Shown here in pieces: positions 15,849 through 24,351 of a DNA stretch of 32,000 nucleotides. The DNA is from Paracoccus suum (GTDB lineage Bacteria; Pseudomonadota; Alphaproteobacteria; Rhodobacterales; Rhodobacteraceae), in the NCBI RefSeq assembly GCF_003324675.1, contig NZ_CP030918.1:1170001-1202000 (forward strand), written 5' to 3'. A program made the translations under genes and the position numbers. Every line of letters starts with the position of its first letter. Position 1 is the stretch's first letter. The notes beneath the pieces are model-generated. The model worked only from the letters and a program-made list of their open reading frames with translations, ran no database searches and was not told where the DNA came from.

Positions 15849-17414
15849 ATGGCCGGACAGCGGATGTTGAAGTTTGTGACGCTCGGCCGCGAGATGCCGG
15901 AAAAGCGTCCGGCCGGCGAGCGAGCGGAGGATTTCAATGAAATCTACCGCGAGTTTGCCGCACAGAAAGCGGCCGAGCAGGCCAGTCGCTGCAGCCAGTG
16001 TGGCGTGCCCTATTGCCAGAGCCACTGCCCGCTGCACAACAACATCCCCGACTGGTTGCGCCTGACAGCCGAGGGCCGTTTGCGCGAGGCCTACCAGACC
16101 GCGCAGGCCACCAATACCTTCCCGGAAATCTGCGGCCGCATCTGCCCGCAGGACCGCCTGTGCGAGGGAAACTGCGTCATCGAGCAGTCCGGCCACGGCA
16201 CTGTCACCATCGGTGCCGTCGAGAAATACATCACCGACACCGCCTGGGCCGAAGGCTGGGTCGAGGGGCCGCGGCCGCAGGCTGAGCGGGGTGAAAGCGT
16301 CGGCATCATCGGCGCTGGCCCCGGGGGGCTGGCCGCCGCCGACATGCTGCGACGCGTCGGCTTTCAGGTCACCGTCTACGACCGCCACGACCGTGCAGGC
16401 GGCCTGCTGACCTATGGCATCCCCGGCTTCAAGCTCGAAAAAGACGTGGTCACCCGGCGCGTCGCCCTGCTCGCCGAGGCTGGGGTCGAATTCGTCCTGA
16501 ACACCGCGGTCGGCGAGGACCTGAGTTTCGACGCGATCCGCGGCCGGCACGATGCAGTGCTGATCGCGACCGGCGTCTACAAGACTCGCGATCTGGATAT
16601 CGACAATGCCGAGGCGCGCGGCGTCGTCCGCGCGCTCGACTATCTGACCGCCGCCAACCGGGTCGAGTTCGGCGACGAAGTCCCTGATTTTCTGGACGGA
16701 GAGCTGGATGCCCGCGGCAAGCGCGTGATCGTCATCGGCGGCGGCGACACGGCCATGGACTGCGTGCGCACCGCCATCAGGCAGGGCGCCCAATCCGTCA
16801 AGTGCCTCTACCGGCGCGACCGGGCCAACATGCCCGGCAGCCAGCGCGAGGTCGCAAATGCCGAGGAAGAGGGAGTCGAGTTTGTCTGGATGACCGCGCC
16901 CGGCGCCTTCGCCGGCGCGGCTGATGGCGGACGGCCGGACGGAGTGACCTTTGCCGGCCATGTCACGGGCGAGGCCGCGACCGGCGACGAAGCCGAGGTG
17001 GCCAATGCCGGCGGCGACGTGACCGGCGACGGTATCGGCGACAACCCCGTCATCGCGCGCGTCCGCGTCCAGCGTATGCGCCTTGGCGTGCCCGACATCA
17101 GCGGTCGCCAGTCGCCCGAATTGATCGAGGGCGCCGACTACGACGAGCCGGCCGAGCTGGTCATCAAGGCCCTCGGTTTCGAACCCGAGGAGTTGCCCCG
17201 CCTTTGGGGCCAGCCGGGGCTGGAGGTCACGCGCTGGGGCACGATCCGGGCCGAGCATGGCACCCATCGTACCAGCCTGCCCGGCGTCTACGCCGTCGGC
17301 GACATCGTGCGCGGCGCCAGCCTGGTGGTCTGGGCGATCCGCGACGGACGCGAGGCGGCGGCACGGATCGTGCTCGATCTGGACAGCCAGTTGCAGCAGA
17401 CGGCGGCCGAGTAG
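15849..17414 (+). CDS. gltD: Glutamate synthase (NADPH) small subunit
   Basis: N-terminal Fe-S cysteine motifs CSQCGVPYCQSHCP and RICPQDRLCEGNCV. Dinucleotide folds GIIGAGPGGLAAA and VIVIGGGDTAMDC. The track start at 15828 is TTG. ATG 15849 (MAGQRMLKF) or ATG 15864 (MLKF) is more likely. Carries an atypical insertion, described in findings. Confidence 0.9.
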   Translation: MAGQRMLKFVTLGREMPEKRPAGERAEDFNEIYREFAAQKAAEQASRCSQCGVPYCQSHCPLHNNIPDWLRLTAEGRLREAYQTAQATNTFPEICGRICPQDRLCEGNCVIEQSGHGTVTIGAVEKYITDTAWAEGWVEGPRPQAERGESVGIIGAGPGGLAAADMLRRVGFQVTVYDRHDRAGGLLTYGIPGFKLEKDVVTRRVALLAEAGVEFVLNTAVGEDLSFDAIRGRHDAVLIATGVYKTRDLDIDNAEARGVVRALDYLTAANRVEFGDEVPDFLDGELDARGKRVIVIGGGDTAMDCVRTAIRQGAQSVKCLYRRDRANMPGSQREVANAEEEGVEFVWMTAPGAFAGAADGGRPDGVTFAGHVTGEAATGDEAEVANAGGDVTGDGIGDNPVIARVRVQRMRLGVPDISGRQSPELIEGADYDEPAELVIKALGFEPEELPRLWGQPGLEVTRWGTIRAEHGTHRTSLPGVYAVGDIVRGASLVVWAIRDGREAAARIVLDLDSQLQQTAAE

Positions 17415-17424
17415 GGACAGGGCG

Positions 17425-18174
17425 ATGATCAGGCGCATGGCACCCGGACAAGGCCTGGCAGCGCTGATTGTGCGCCCCGCCGCCATGGCGGTCGCAGCCG
17501 CCTGCCTCGGCGGTCCTGCGGCAGCGGCGGGCCTCTTCGTCCCGCCGGCCGGGTGCGAATTGCAACTGACGGTGCAGGAACGTGGCTGCTCGGTCGCCCA
17601 GCATTACCAATGCAGCGCCGATCCGGCGGGCGAGCAGCACACCACCTATTTCGGCAAGGGCGGCGTCTCGACCTTCATGTCGCATATCGACGCCGAGACC
17701 CGCTGGCTCGATTCCGAGGACCCGGAGACGGGGGTGTCCGACCGGCTGGAACCCGGGGCTGCGGATGACGCCTCGCTCAGCGCGCTGCTGGCCAGCGGCA
17801 AGGACAGCTTCGACTTCTGGACGGCCGGCAGCGACGGGCAGCGCCTGCACCATGTCGGCGCGGATCGCCTCACCGGCGAGACCGTCACCATCGACGGCGA
17901 GCCGCTGGCCCGCACGTCCTTTCACCTGACCACCAGCGACGAGGCCGGCCGCGTCCTTATCTCGCGCGAGGGTCACCAGCATGTCAGCGCCAGCCTGCGC
18001 CTGTTCTTCGGCGGGCAGGAGCGGCAGAAGGACAGCACCGGCGCGCTGCAGAACCTCGACCACAGCCCGGTCAGGTTCATCCGCTCCGGCCAACCCGGCT
18101 TTGCCAGTACAGAGCCGATGTATGACTGCGAAATCCTGACGGCCACCCTGATTCCACTGGAGATCGCGAGATGA
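17425..18174 (+). CDS. Hypothetical protein with N-terminal signal-peptide-like segment
   Basis: 249 aa from ATG 17425, 10 nt after the gltD stop with GGGACAGGG as SD. It starts MIRRMAPGQGLAALIVRPAAMAVAAACLGGPAAAAG, which is hydrophobic and Ala-rich. Four Cys in the remainder. Strongly G/C-biased third positions like neighbouring genes. I recognise no family. Confidence 0.6.
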   Translation: MIRRMAPGQGLAALIVRPAAMAVAAACLGGPAAAAGLFVPPAGCELQLTVQERGCSVAQHYQCSADPAGEQHTTYFGKGGVSTFMSHIDAETRWLDSEDPETGVSDRLEPGAADDASLSALLASGKDSFDFWTAGSDGQRLHHVGADRLTGETVTIDGEPLARTSFHLTTSDEAGRVLISREGHQHVSASLRLFFGGQERQKDSTGALQNLDHSPVRFIRSGQPGFASTEPMYDCEILTATLIPLEIAR

Positions 18175-18533
18175 GCCATCTGGTCCAGGGCGGGTGCCTC
18201 TGCGGCGCGGTGCGTTTTTCGGGGCGCCTGCCCACGCGGGATCTGGCGGTCTGCTGGTGCAGCCAGTGCATGCGTCAGAACAGCGGACCGCTGATCTCGA
18301 CCAACCAGGCGCAGGACGTGACCATGACGGGTGATGTCGCGACGTACCGCGCCAGCGACCATGCGAGTCGTGGCTTCTGCGCGGCCTGCGGCAGCACGCT
18401 CTTCTGGCAGGAGGATGGCGAGGCGCCCTCCTTCGCTCATGGCGCGCTGGACGACCGCAGCGGCTTTCGCATCGTCCGTTTCCTGCATGTCGATGGTCGC
18501 CCGGACGCCTATGACATCGAGGCGAATCCATGA
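18171..18533 (+). CDS. GFA/CENP-V family (glutathione-dependent formaldehyde-activating enzyme-like) Zn-Cys protein
   Basis: 120 aa with the family cysteine pattern GGCLCGAVRF...VCWCSQC...GFCAACGSTLFW. Its ATG overlaps the preceding stop (ATGA at 18171-18174). Confidence 0.8.
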   Translation: MSHLVQGGCLCGAVRFSGRLPTRDLAVCWCSQCMRQNSGPLISTNQAQDVTMTGDVATYRASDHASRGFCAACGSTLFWQEDGEAPSFAHGALDDRSGFRIVRFLHVDGRPDAYDIEANP

Positions 18534-19396
18534 CCGAGGGGCGCTGCGCCTGTGGCGCCGTCACTGTGCGCGCAACCGGCATCTCGCGACAGATGTCGGC
18601 CTGCTGGTGCCAGCCCTGCCGCCGATTCCAAGGGCTGGTGGGCATGGGCCTCGACACGCCGGCGGATCAATGCACGATCACCGGCCCGGTCCGGGTTTGG
18701 CGCTCGTCCGACTTTGCCGAACGCGGCTTTTGCGGCACCTGTGGCTCCAGCATCTGGTTCCGTGACATCGCCGGGGACATCATCGAACTCTGCCCGGGCC
18801 TCTTTCACAACGCCGCTGGCGCCACTCTGCACCATGAGAATTTTGTCGAGCGTCGCCCCGATGCAATCCGCTTTGACCCCCAGCCGCAGCAGATCAGCGG
18901 CGCGGCCTACGCCGCCGGGGCGTTGGTGATCGAGGGCAGCGCGCCTCCGCGCGACCGCATGGCTGGCGGCTGCGCGTGCGGGGCGGTCCGCTTTCGCCTT
19001 GTCGGTGCGCCCGGCGCTTGCGGTATGTGCCATTGCGACACCTGCCGTCGCTGGACCGGCGGCGTGAATTGCTACACCGGCGCCCGGCTTGAGGACCTGA
19101 CCATTGAGGGCGAGCCGGAATTGATCCGCTGGGCATCCTCGCCCGGGGCGCGGCGCGTCAGCTGTGCGAACTGCGGCGGCAAGCTGTGGTACGAGGTCGT
19201 GACCGGCGACGAGACCGGCGGCACGGCCGGCGACGTGGAAATCGCACTCGGCACGCTGGACGACATGGGGGGCCGGCCGCTGCTGTCGGAAAGCTATGTC
19301 GACCAGCGGCCCGCGGGATATGCCTTTGCCGGCGATCATCGCCGCCGCACCCGGGCCGAGGTGCTGGCCGAAAGCGCCACCGGGGGCCAGCCATGA
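18530..19396 (+). CDS. Tandem double GFA/CENP-V domain protein
   Basis: 288 aa with two copies of the pattern. Copy 1: RCACGAVTV...ACWCQPC...GFCGTCGSSIWF. Copy 2: GGCACGAVRF...MCHCDTC...SCANCGGKLWY. ATGA overlap at 18530-18533. Confidence 0.8.
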   Translation: MTEGRCACGAVTVRATGISRQMSACWCQPCRRFQGLVGMGLDTPADQCTITGPVRVWRSSDFAERGFCGTCGSSIWFRDIAGDIIELCPGLFHNAAGATLHHENFVERRPDAIRFDPQPQQISGAAYAAGALVIEGSAPPRDRMAGGCACGAVRFRLVGAPGACGMCHCDTCRRWTGGVNCYTGARLEDLTIEGEPELIRWASSPGARRVSCANCGGKLWYEVVTGDETGGTAGDVEIALGTLDDMGGRPLLSESYVDQRPAGYAFAGDHRRRTRAEVLAESATGGQP

Positions 19397-19767
19397 GCAT
19401 CGAGGTTAACGGCGGTTGCCTCTGTGGCGGGGTGCGCTTTACTGCGCGGCTCTCCGCGCGGACCCTTCGGGTCTGTGCCTGCACCCAATGCCTGCGCCAG
19501 AACAGCGGGCCGTGGTTCGACCTGCCCGATGTGCAGTCCGTGACCTTTGATGGACCAGTCGCGATCTATGTCAGCTCGCCCGGCCATCGGCGCGGCTTTT
19601 GCGCCACCTGTGGCAGCACCCTTTACTGGCAGCGGGGCGAGCAGCTGCCGGCTCTCAGCCACGGCGCGCTGGACGACAAGTCCGGCTTTGCGCTGACCGA
19701 TTTCGAATTTCAGGACACACGCCCCGACGCCTATCGCGTGGTGGCGACGACGGAGGAACCGCAATGA
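19393..19767 (+). CDS. GFA/CENP-V family Zn-Cys protein (paralogue of 18171..18533)
   Basis: 124 aa from the internal ATG 19393, with an ATGA overlap on the preceding stop. Pattern GGCLCGGVRF...VCACTQC...GFCATCGSTLYW. About half the residues are identical to the first GFA gene in an ungapped by-eye alignment. Confidence 0.8.
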   Translation: MSIEVNGGCLCGGVRFTARLSARTLRVCACTQCLRQNSGPWFDLPDVQSVTFDGPVAIYVSSPGHRRGFCATCGSTLYWQRGEQLPALSHGALDDKSGFALTDFEFQDTRPDAYRVVATTEEPQ

Positions 19768-22700
19768 GCGATTGGGAAGCCCGCGAGGCCGCGCGTCGCA
19801 CGCATATCGCCGCCACAGGCATGTATCGCACCGAGGACGAGCATTCCTCTTGCGGGGTCGGGCTGGTGGTCAGCATCAACGGCAAACCCTCGCGCCGCGT
19901 CGTTGCCAGCGGGATCGAGGCGCTAAAGGCGGTCTGGCACCGCGGCGCGGTCGATGCCGACGGCAAGACCGGCGACGGCGCCGGCCTCCACGTCCAGATC
20001 CCCGTGCCATTCTTTTACGACCAGGTGCGCCGCACGGGGCACGAGCCCGACCACGGCAAGCTGATCGCTGTCGGCCAGGTATTCCTGCCGCGGACCGATT
20101 TCGGCGCGCAGGAACGCTGCCGCACGATCGTCGAGACCGAAGTGCTCCGCATGGGCCATTACATCTACGGCTGGCGCCACGTCCCGGTGAATACGGCCGT
20201 ACTCGGCGAAAAGGCCAATGCCACCCGGCCGGAAATCGAGCAAATCCTGATCCGCTGCGAAAAGGACCTTGACCGTGAGGCGTTCGAGCGCGAGCTCTAC
20301 GTCATCCGCCGCCGGATAGAGCGCGCGGCGATCGCCGCCCAGATCGCCGGCCTCTACCTCTGTTCGCTGTCCTGCCGCTCGATCATCTACAAGGGCATGA
20401 TGCTGGCCGAGCAGGTGGCCGAATTCTATCCCGACCTGAAAGACGAGCGGTTCGAGAGCGCCTTTGCGATTTATCACCAACGCTATTCGACCAATACCTT
20501 CCCCCAGTGGTGGCTGGCGCAACCCTTCCGCATGCTCGCCCATAACGGCGAGATCAACACGCTGAAGGGAAACCTCAACTGGCTGAAAAGCCATGAGATT
20601 CGCATGGCGTCGAACGCCTTTGGCGACATGGCCGAGGATATCAAGCCGATCGTGCCGGCCGGCTCGTCCGACAGTGCGGCGCTGGATTCGGTGTTCGAGG
20701 TAATGGTCCGCTCGGGGCGCAGCGCGCCGATGGTCAAGACCATCATGGTCCCCGAGGCATGGTCCAAGGCGACCACGGACATGCCTCGCGCCTGGGCAGA
20801 CATGTATGCCTATTGCAACGCCGTGATGGAGCCGTGGGACGGCCCCGCCGCACTCGCCATGACGGACGGGCGCTGGGTCTGCGGCGGCCTCGACCGAAAC
20901 GGATTACGGCCGATGCGCTATTCCGTGACCGGCGACGGGCTGCTGATCGCAGGCTCGGAATGTGGCATGTGCCCGGTGGACGAAAGCACCGTGGTCGAAA
21001 AAGGCGCGCTCGGGCCCGGGCAGATGATCGCCGTGAACATGGAGGAGGGGCGCCTTTACCGCGACCGCGAGCTGAAGGACCTGCTGTCTGCCAGCCAGCC
21101 CTTCGGCGACTGGATCGAGAAGGTCGTGCCCCTTAGCGACATGATGCGCGATCTGCCTGAGGCGACAGGCTTTCGCGGCCAGGACCTGCGCCGCCGCCAG
21201 ATGGCCGCCGGTTATACCGTCGAGGAACTGGAAACCGTCCTTGCGCCGATGGCCGAGGACGGCAAGGAAGCGCTCGCCAGCATGGGCGATGACACGCCGC
21301 AGGCGGTGCTGTCCGCCGGCTATCGCCCGCTGTCGCATTTCTTTCGCCAGAACTTTTCGCAGGTCACCAACCCGCCCATCGACAGCCTGCGCGAAAGCCG
21401 GGTGATGAGCCTCAAGACCCGGTTCGGCAACCTCAAGAACGTGCTGGACGAGAGCAGCGCCCAGACGGAAATCCTGCTGCTGGACTCGCCCTTCCTCGCC
21501 AGCAACGAATTCACAGAGATGTGCCGCATCTTCGGCGACGCGGTGACCCGGATCGACTGCACCTTCCCCGATGGCGCGGGTGTCGAGGCGTTGACCGACG
21601 GTCTTGCCCGCATCCGGGCCGAGGCCGAGGACGCGGTCCGCAGTGGGGCGGGACATATCGTGCTGACGGACGAGGCGCTGGGCCCCGACCGGATCGGCAT
21701 GCCGATGATCCTCGCAACGAGTGCGGTACACAGCTGGCTGACGCGCAAGGGGCTGCGGACTTTCTGCTCGATCAACGTGCGCGCCGCGGAATGCATCGAC
21801 CCGCACTATTTCGCCGTGCTGATCGGCAGCGGGGCGACGACGGTGAACCCCTATCTGGCGCAGGACAGCATCGCCGACCGCATAGATCGCGGGCTGCTGG
21901 AGGGTAGTCTGATCGACAACATGCGCCGCTATCGCGATGCGATGGACGCGGGCCTTTTGAAGATCATGTCCAAGATGGGCATCGCGGTGGTCTCGTCCTA
22001 TCGCGGCGGCCTGAACTTCGAGGCGGTCGGCCTTAGCCGCGCCATCGTAGCCGAATATTTCCCCGGCATGCAGTCGCGCATCAGTGGCATCGGCCTGATC
22101 GGCATCCAGCGCAAGCTGGAGGAAATCCACGAGGCCGCCTTCAGCGCCCCGGTCGACCTGCTGCCGGTCGGGGGGTTCTACAAGCTGCGCCGCTCGGGCG
22201 AAAAGCATGCCTGGGAAGCCAATGTCATGCGGCTGCTGCAACTGGCCTGCGAAAAGGCCAGCTTTGACATCTGGAAGCAGTATTCGGCCCAGATGCGGGC
22301 CAACCCGCCGATCCACATCCGCGATCTGCTGGACATCAAGCCCCTGGGCAAGCCGGTGCCGATGGAGGAGGTGGAAAGCATCACCTCGATTCGCAAGCGC
22401 TTCGTGACGCCCGGCATGTCCCTGGGCGCGCTGAGCCCCGAGGCCCATATGACGCTGAACATCGCCATGAACCGCATCGGGGCGAAGTCCGACAGCGGCG
22501 AGGGTGGCGAGGATCCGGCCCATCACAAGGCGCTGCCGAACGGCGACAACCCTTCGGCCAAGATCAAGCAGGTCGCCTCGGGCCGCTTCGGCGTGACGGC
22601 AGAGTACCTAAACGCCTGCGAGGAGTTGGAGATCAAGGTTGCGCAGGGCGCCAAGCCCGGCGAGGGCGGACAACTGCCTGGTATGAAGGTGACCAAGCTT

Positions 22701-24296
22701 ATCGCCCGGCTGCGGCACTCGACGCCCGGCGTGACGCTGATCAGCCCGCCGCCGCACCACGATATCTACTCGATCGAGGACCTGGCGCAGTTGATCTATG
22801 ACCTCAAACAGATCAACCCGCGCGCCAAGATCACGGTCAAGCTGGTCGCCGGCGGCGGCGTCGGCACCATCGCGGCGGGGGTGGCCAAGGCCAAGGCCGA
22901 TGTCATCCTGATCAGCGGCCATAACGGCGGCACGGGCGCCTCGCCCGCGACCTCGATCAAGTTCGCCGGCCTGCCGTGGGAAATGGGGCTGACCGAGGCG
23001 CATCAGGTCCTTGCCATGAACAAGCTGCGCGACCGGGTGACGCTCCGCACCGATGGCGGTCTGCGCACCGGCCGCGACGTTGTCATGGCGGCAATGATGG
23101 GGGCCGAGGAATACGGCATCGGTACCGCTGCCCTGATCGCCATGGGCTGCATCATGGTCCGTCAGTGCCAGTCGAACACCTGCCCGGTTGGTGTCTGCAC
23201 CCAAGACGAACGGCTGCGCGCCATGTTCAACGGCAGCGCCGACAAGGTGGTGAACCTGATCACCTTCTACGCCCAGGAGGTACGCGAGATCCTAGCCGCC
23301 ATCGGCGCGCGCTCGCTCGACGAGGTCATCGGCCGGGCGGACCTGCTGACACAGGTCAGCCGCGGATCGGCGCATCTGGACGACCTGGACCTGAACCCGC
23401 TGCTGATCACCGTCGATGGCAGCGACAAGATCGTCTATGACCGCAGCAAGCCGCGCAACGCGGTCATGGACACGCTGGATGCCGAGATCATCCGCGACGG
23501 CGCCCGCTTCTTCGAGGACGGCGAAAAGATGCAGCTGTCCTATGCCGTGCGCAACACGCTGCGCACCATCGGCACGCGCACCTCGTCGCTGATCGTGCAG
23601 AAGTTCGGGATGAAGAACAGCCTGCAGCCCGATCACCTGACGCTGCGCCTGACCGGCAGCGCCGGACAGTCGCTGGGTGCCTTCGCCGCCCCGGGACTGA
23701 AGATCGAGGTCTCGGGCGATGCCAACGACTATGTCGGAAAGGGCCTGTCGGGGGGCGTCATCGTCGTCAAGCCGGCGATGAACAGCCCGCTGGAGGCGGC
23801 GGAAAACACCATCATCGGCAACACCGTACTTTATGGCGCGACCGCCGGCTGGCTGTTCGCCGCCGGCCGTGCGGGCGAGCGCTTCGCCGTGCGCAACAGC
23901 GGCGCGCGCGTGGTGATCGAGGGCTGCGGCAGCAACGGCTGCGAATACATGACCGGCGGCGTCGCCGTCATCCTTGGGCGCATCGGCGCCAACTTCGGCG
24001 CCGGCATGACCGGCGGTATGGCCTATGTCTGGGACCCGGTGGGCCTCGCGCCCCTCTATATCAACAGCGAGACGCTAGTGGTCTGCCCGGTGACTCAGCC
24101 GCATTGGGAGGCCGAGTTGCGGGAAATGGTAGAGCGTCACGCGGCCGAAACCGGATCGAAGCGGGCGCAAGCGCTGCTGGCGGATTGGGAGGTCGCGCGC
24201 GGCCAGTTCCTGCAGGTTGTCCCGCGCGAGATGCTGGCCCTGCTGCCACATCCGATCACCGACATGGCCGAGGACGCCGCGATCCCCGCCGAGTGA
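19764..24296 (+). CDS. gltB: Glutamate synthase (NADPH) large subunit
   Basis: 1510 aa from ATG 19764, with GGAGGAA 6 nt upstream and an ATGA overlap on the preceding stop. Ntn amidotransferase start ...EHSSCGVGLVV, the central FMN/3Fe-4S region, and the C-terminal GXGXG domain. Unambiguous GOGAT alpha chain. Confidence 0.96.
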   Translation: MSDWEAREAARRTHIAATGMYRTEDEHSSCGVGLVVSINGKPSRRVVASGIEALKAVWHRGAVDADGKTGDGAGLHVQIPVPFFYDQVRRTGHEPDHGKLIAVGQVFLPRTDFGAQERCRTIVETEVLRMGHYIYGWRHVPVNTAVLGEKANATRPEIEQILIRCEKDLDREAFERELYVIRRRIERAAIAAQIAGLYLCSLSCRSIIYKGMMLAEQVAEFYPDLKDERFESAFAIYHQRYSTNTFPQWWLAQPFRMLAHNGEINTLKGNLNWLKSHEIRMASNAFGDMAEDIKPIVPAGSSDSAALDSVFEVMVRSGRSAPMVKTIMVPEAWSKATTDMPRAWADMYAYCNAVMEPWDGPAALAMTDGRWVCGGLDRNGLRPMRYSVTGDGLLIAGSECGMCPVDESTVVEKGALGPGQMIAVNMEEGRLYRDRELKDLLSASQPFGDWIEKVVPLSDMMRDLPEATGFRGQDLRRRQMAAGYTVEELETVLAPMAEDGKEALASMGDDTPQAVLSAGYRPLSHFFRQNFSQVTNPPIDSLRESRVMSLKTRFGNLKNVLDESSAQTEILLLDSPFLASNEFTEMCRIFGDAVTRIDCTFPDGAGVEALTDGLARIRAEAEDAVRSGAGHIVLTDEALGPDRIGMPMILATSAVHSWLTRKGLRTFCSINVRAAECIDPHYFAVLIGSGATTVNPYLAQDSIADRIDRGLLEGSLIDNMRRYRDAMDAGLLKIMSKMGIAVVSSYRGGLNFEAVGLSRAIVAEYFPGMQSRISGIGLIGIQRKLEEIHEAAFSAPVDLLPVGGFYKLRRSGEKHAWEANVMRLLQLACEKASFDIWKQYSAQMRANPPIHIRDLLDIKPLGKPVPMEEVESITSIRKRFVTPGMSLGALSPEAHMTLNIAMNRIGAKSDSGEGGEDPAHHKALPNGDNPSAKIKQVASGRFGVTAEYLNACEELEIKVAQGAKPGEGGQLPGMKVTKLIARLRHSTPGVTLISPPPHHDIYSIEDLAQLIYDLKQINPRAKITVKLVAGGGVGTIAAGVAKAKADVILISGHNGGTGASPATSIKFAGLPWEMGLTEAHQVLAMNKLRDRVTLRTDGGLRTGRDVVMAAMMGAEEYGIGTAALIAMGCIMVRQCQSNTCPVGVCTQDERLRAMFNGSADKVVNLITFYAQEVREILAAIGARSLDEVIGRADLLTQVSRGSAHLDDLDLNPLLITVDGSDKIVYDRSKPRNAVMDTLDAEIIRDGARFFEDGEKMQLSYAVRNTLRTIGTRTSSLIVQKFGMKNSLQPDHLTLRLTGSAGQSLGAFAAPGLKIEVSGDANDYVGKGLSGGVIVVKPAMNSPLEAAENTIIGNTVLYGATAGWLFAAGRAGERFAVRNSGARVVIEGCGSNGCEYMTGGVAVILGRIGANFGAGMTGGMAYVWDPVGLAPLYINSETLVVCPVTQPHWEAELREMVERHAAETGSKRAQALLADWEVARGQFLQVVPREMLALLPHPITDMAEDAAIPAE

Positions 24297-24315
24297 GGCG
24301 CCGACCGCTTGAAAT

Positions 24316-24350
24316 GCAGCGGCCCAGCGGAATGGTGGGCCGCTGTCTTC
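24316..24350. terminator. Hairpin between convergent gltB and the RcnB-like gene (probable bidirectional terminator)
   Basis: 10-bp stem CAGCGGCCCA (24317-24326) / TGGGCCGCTG (24336-24345) with a 9-nt loop, followed by TCTTC on the + strand. It fills most of the 55-bp convergent gap. Confidence 0.5.
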
Positions 24351-24351
24351 G

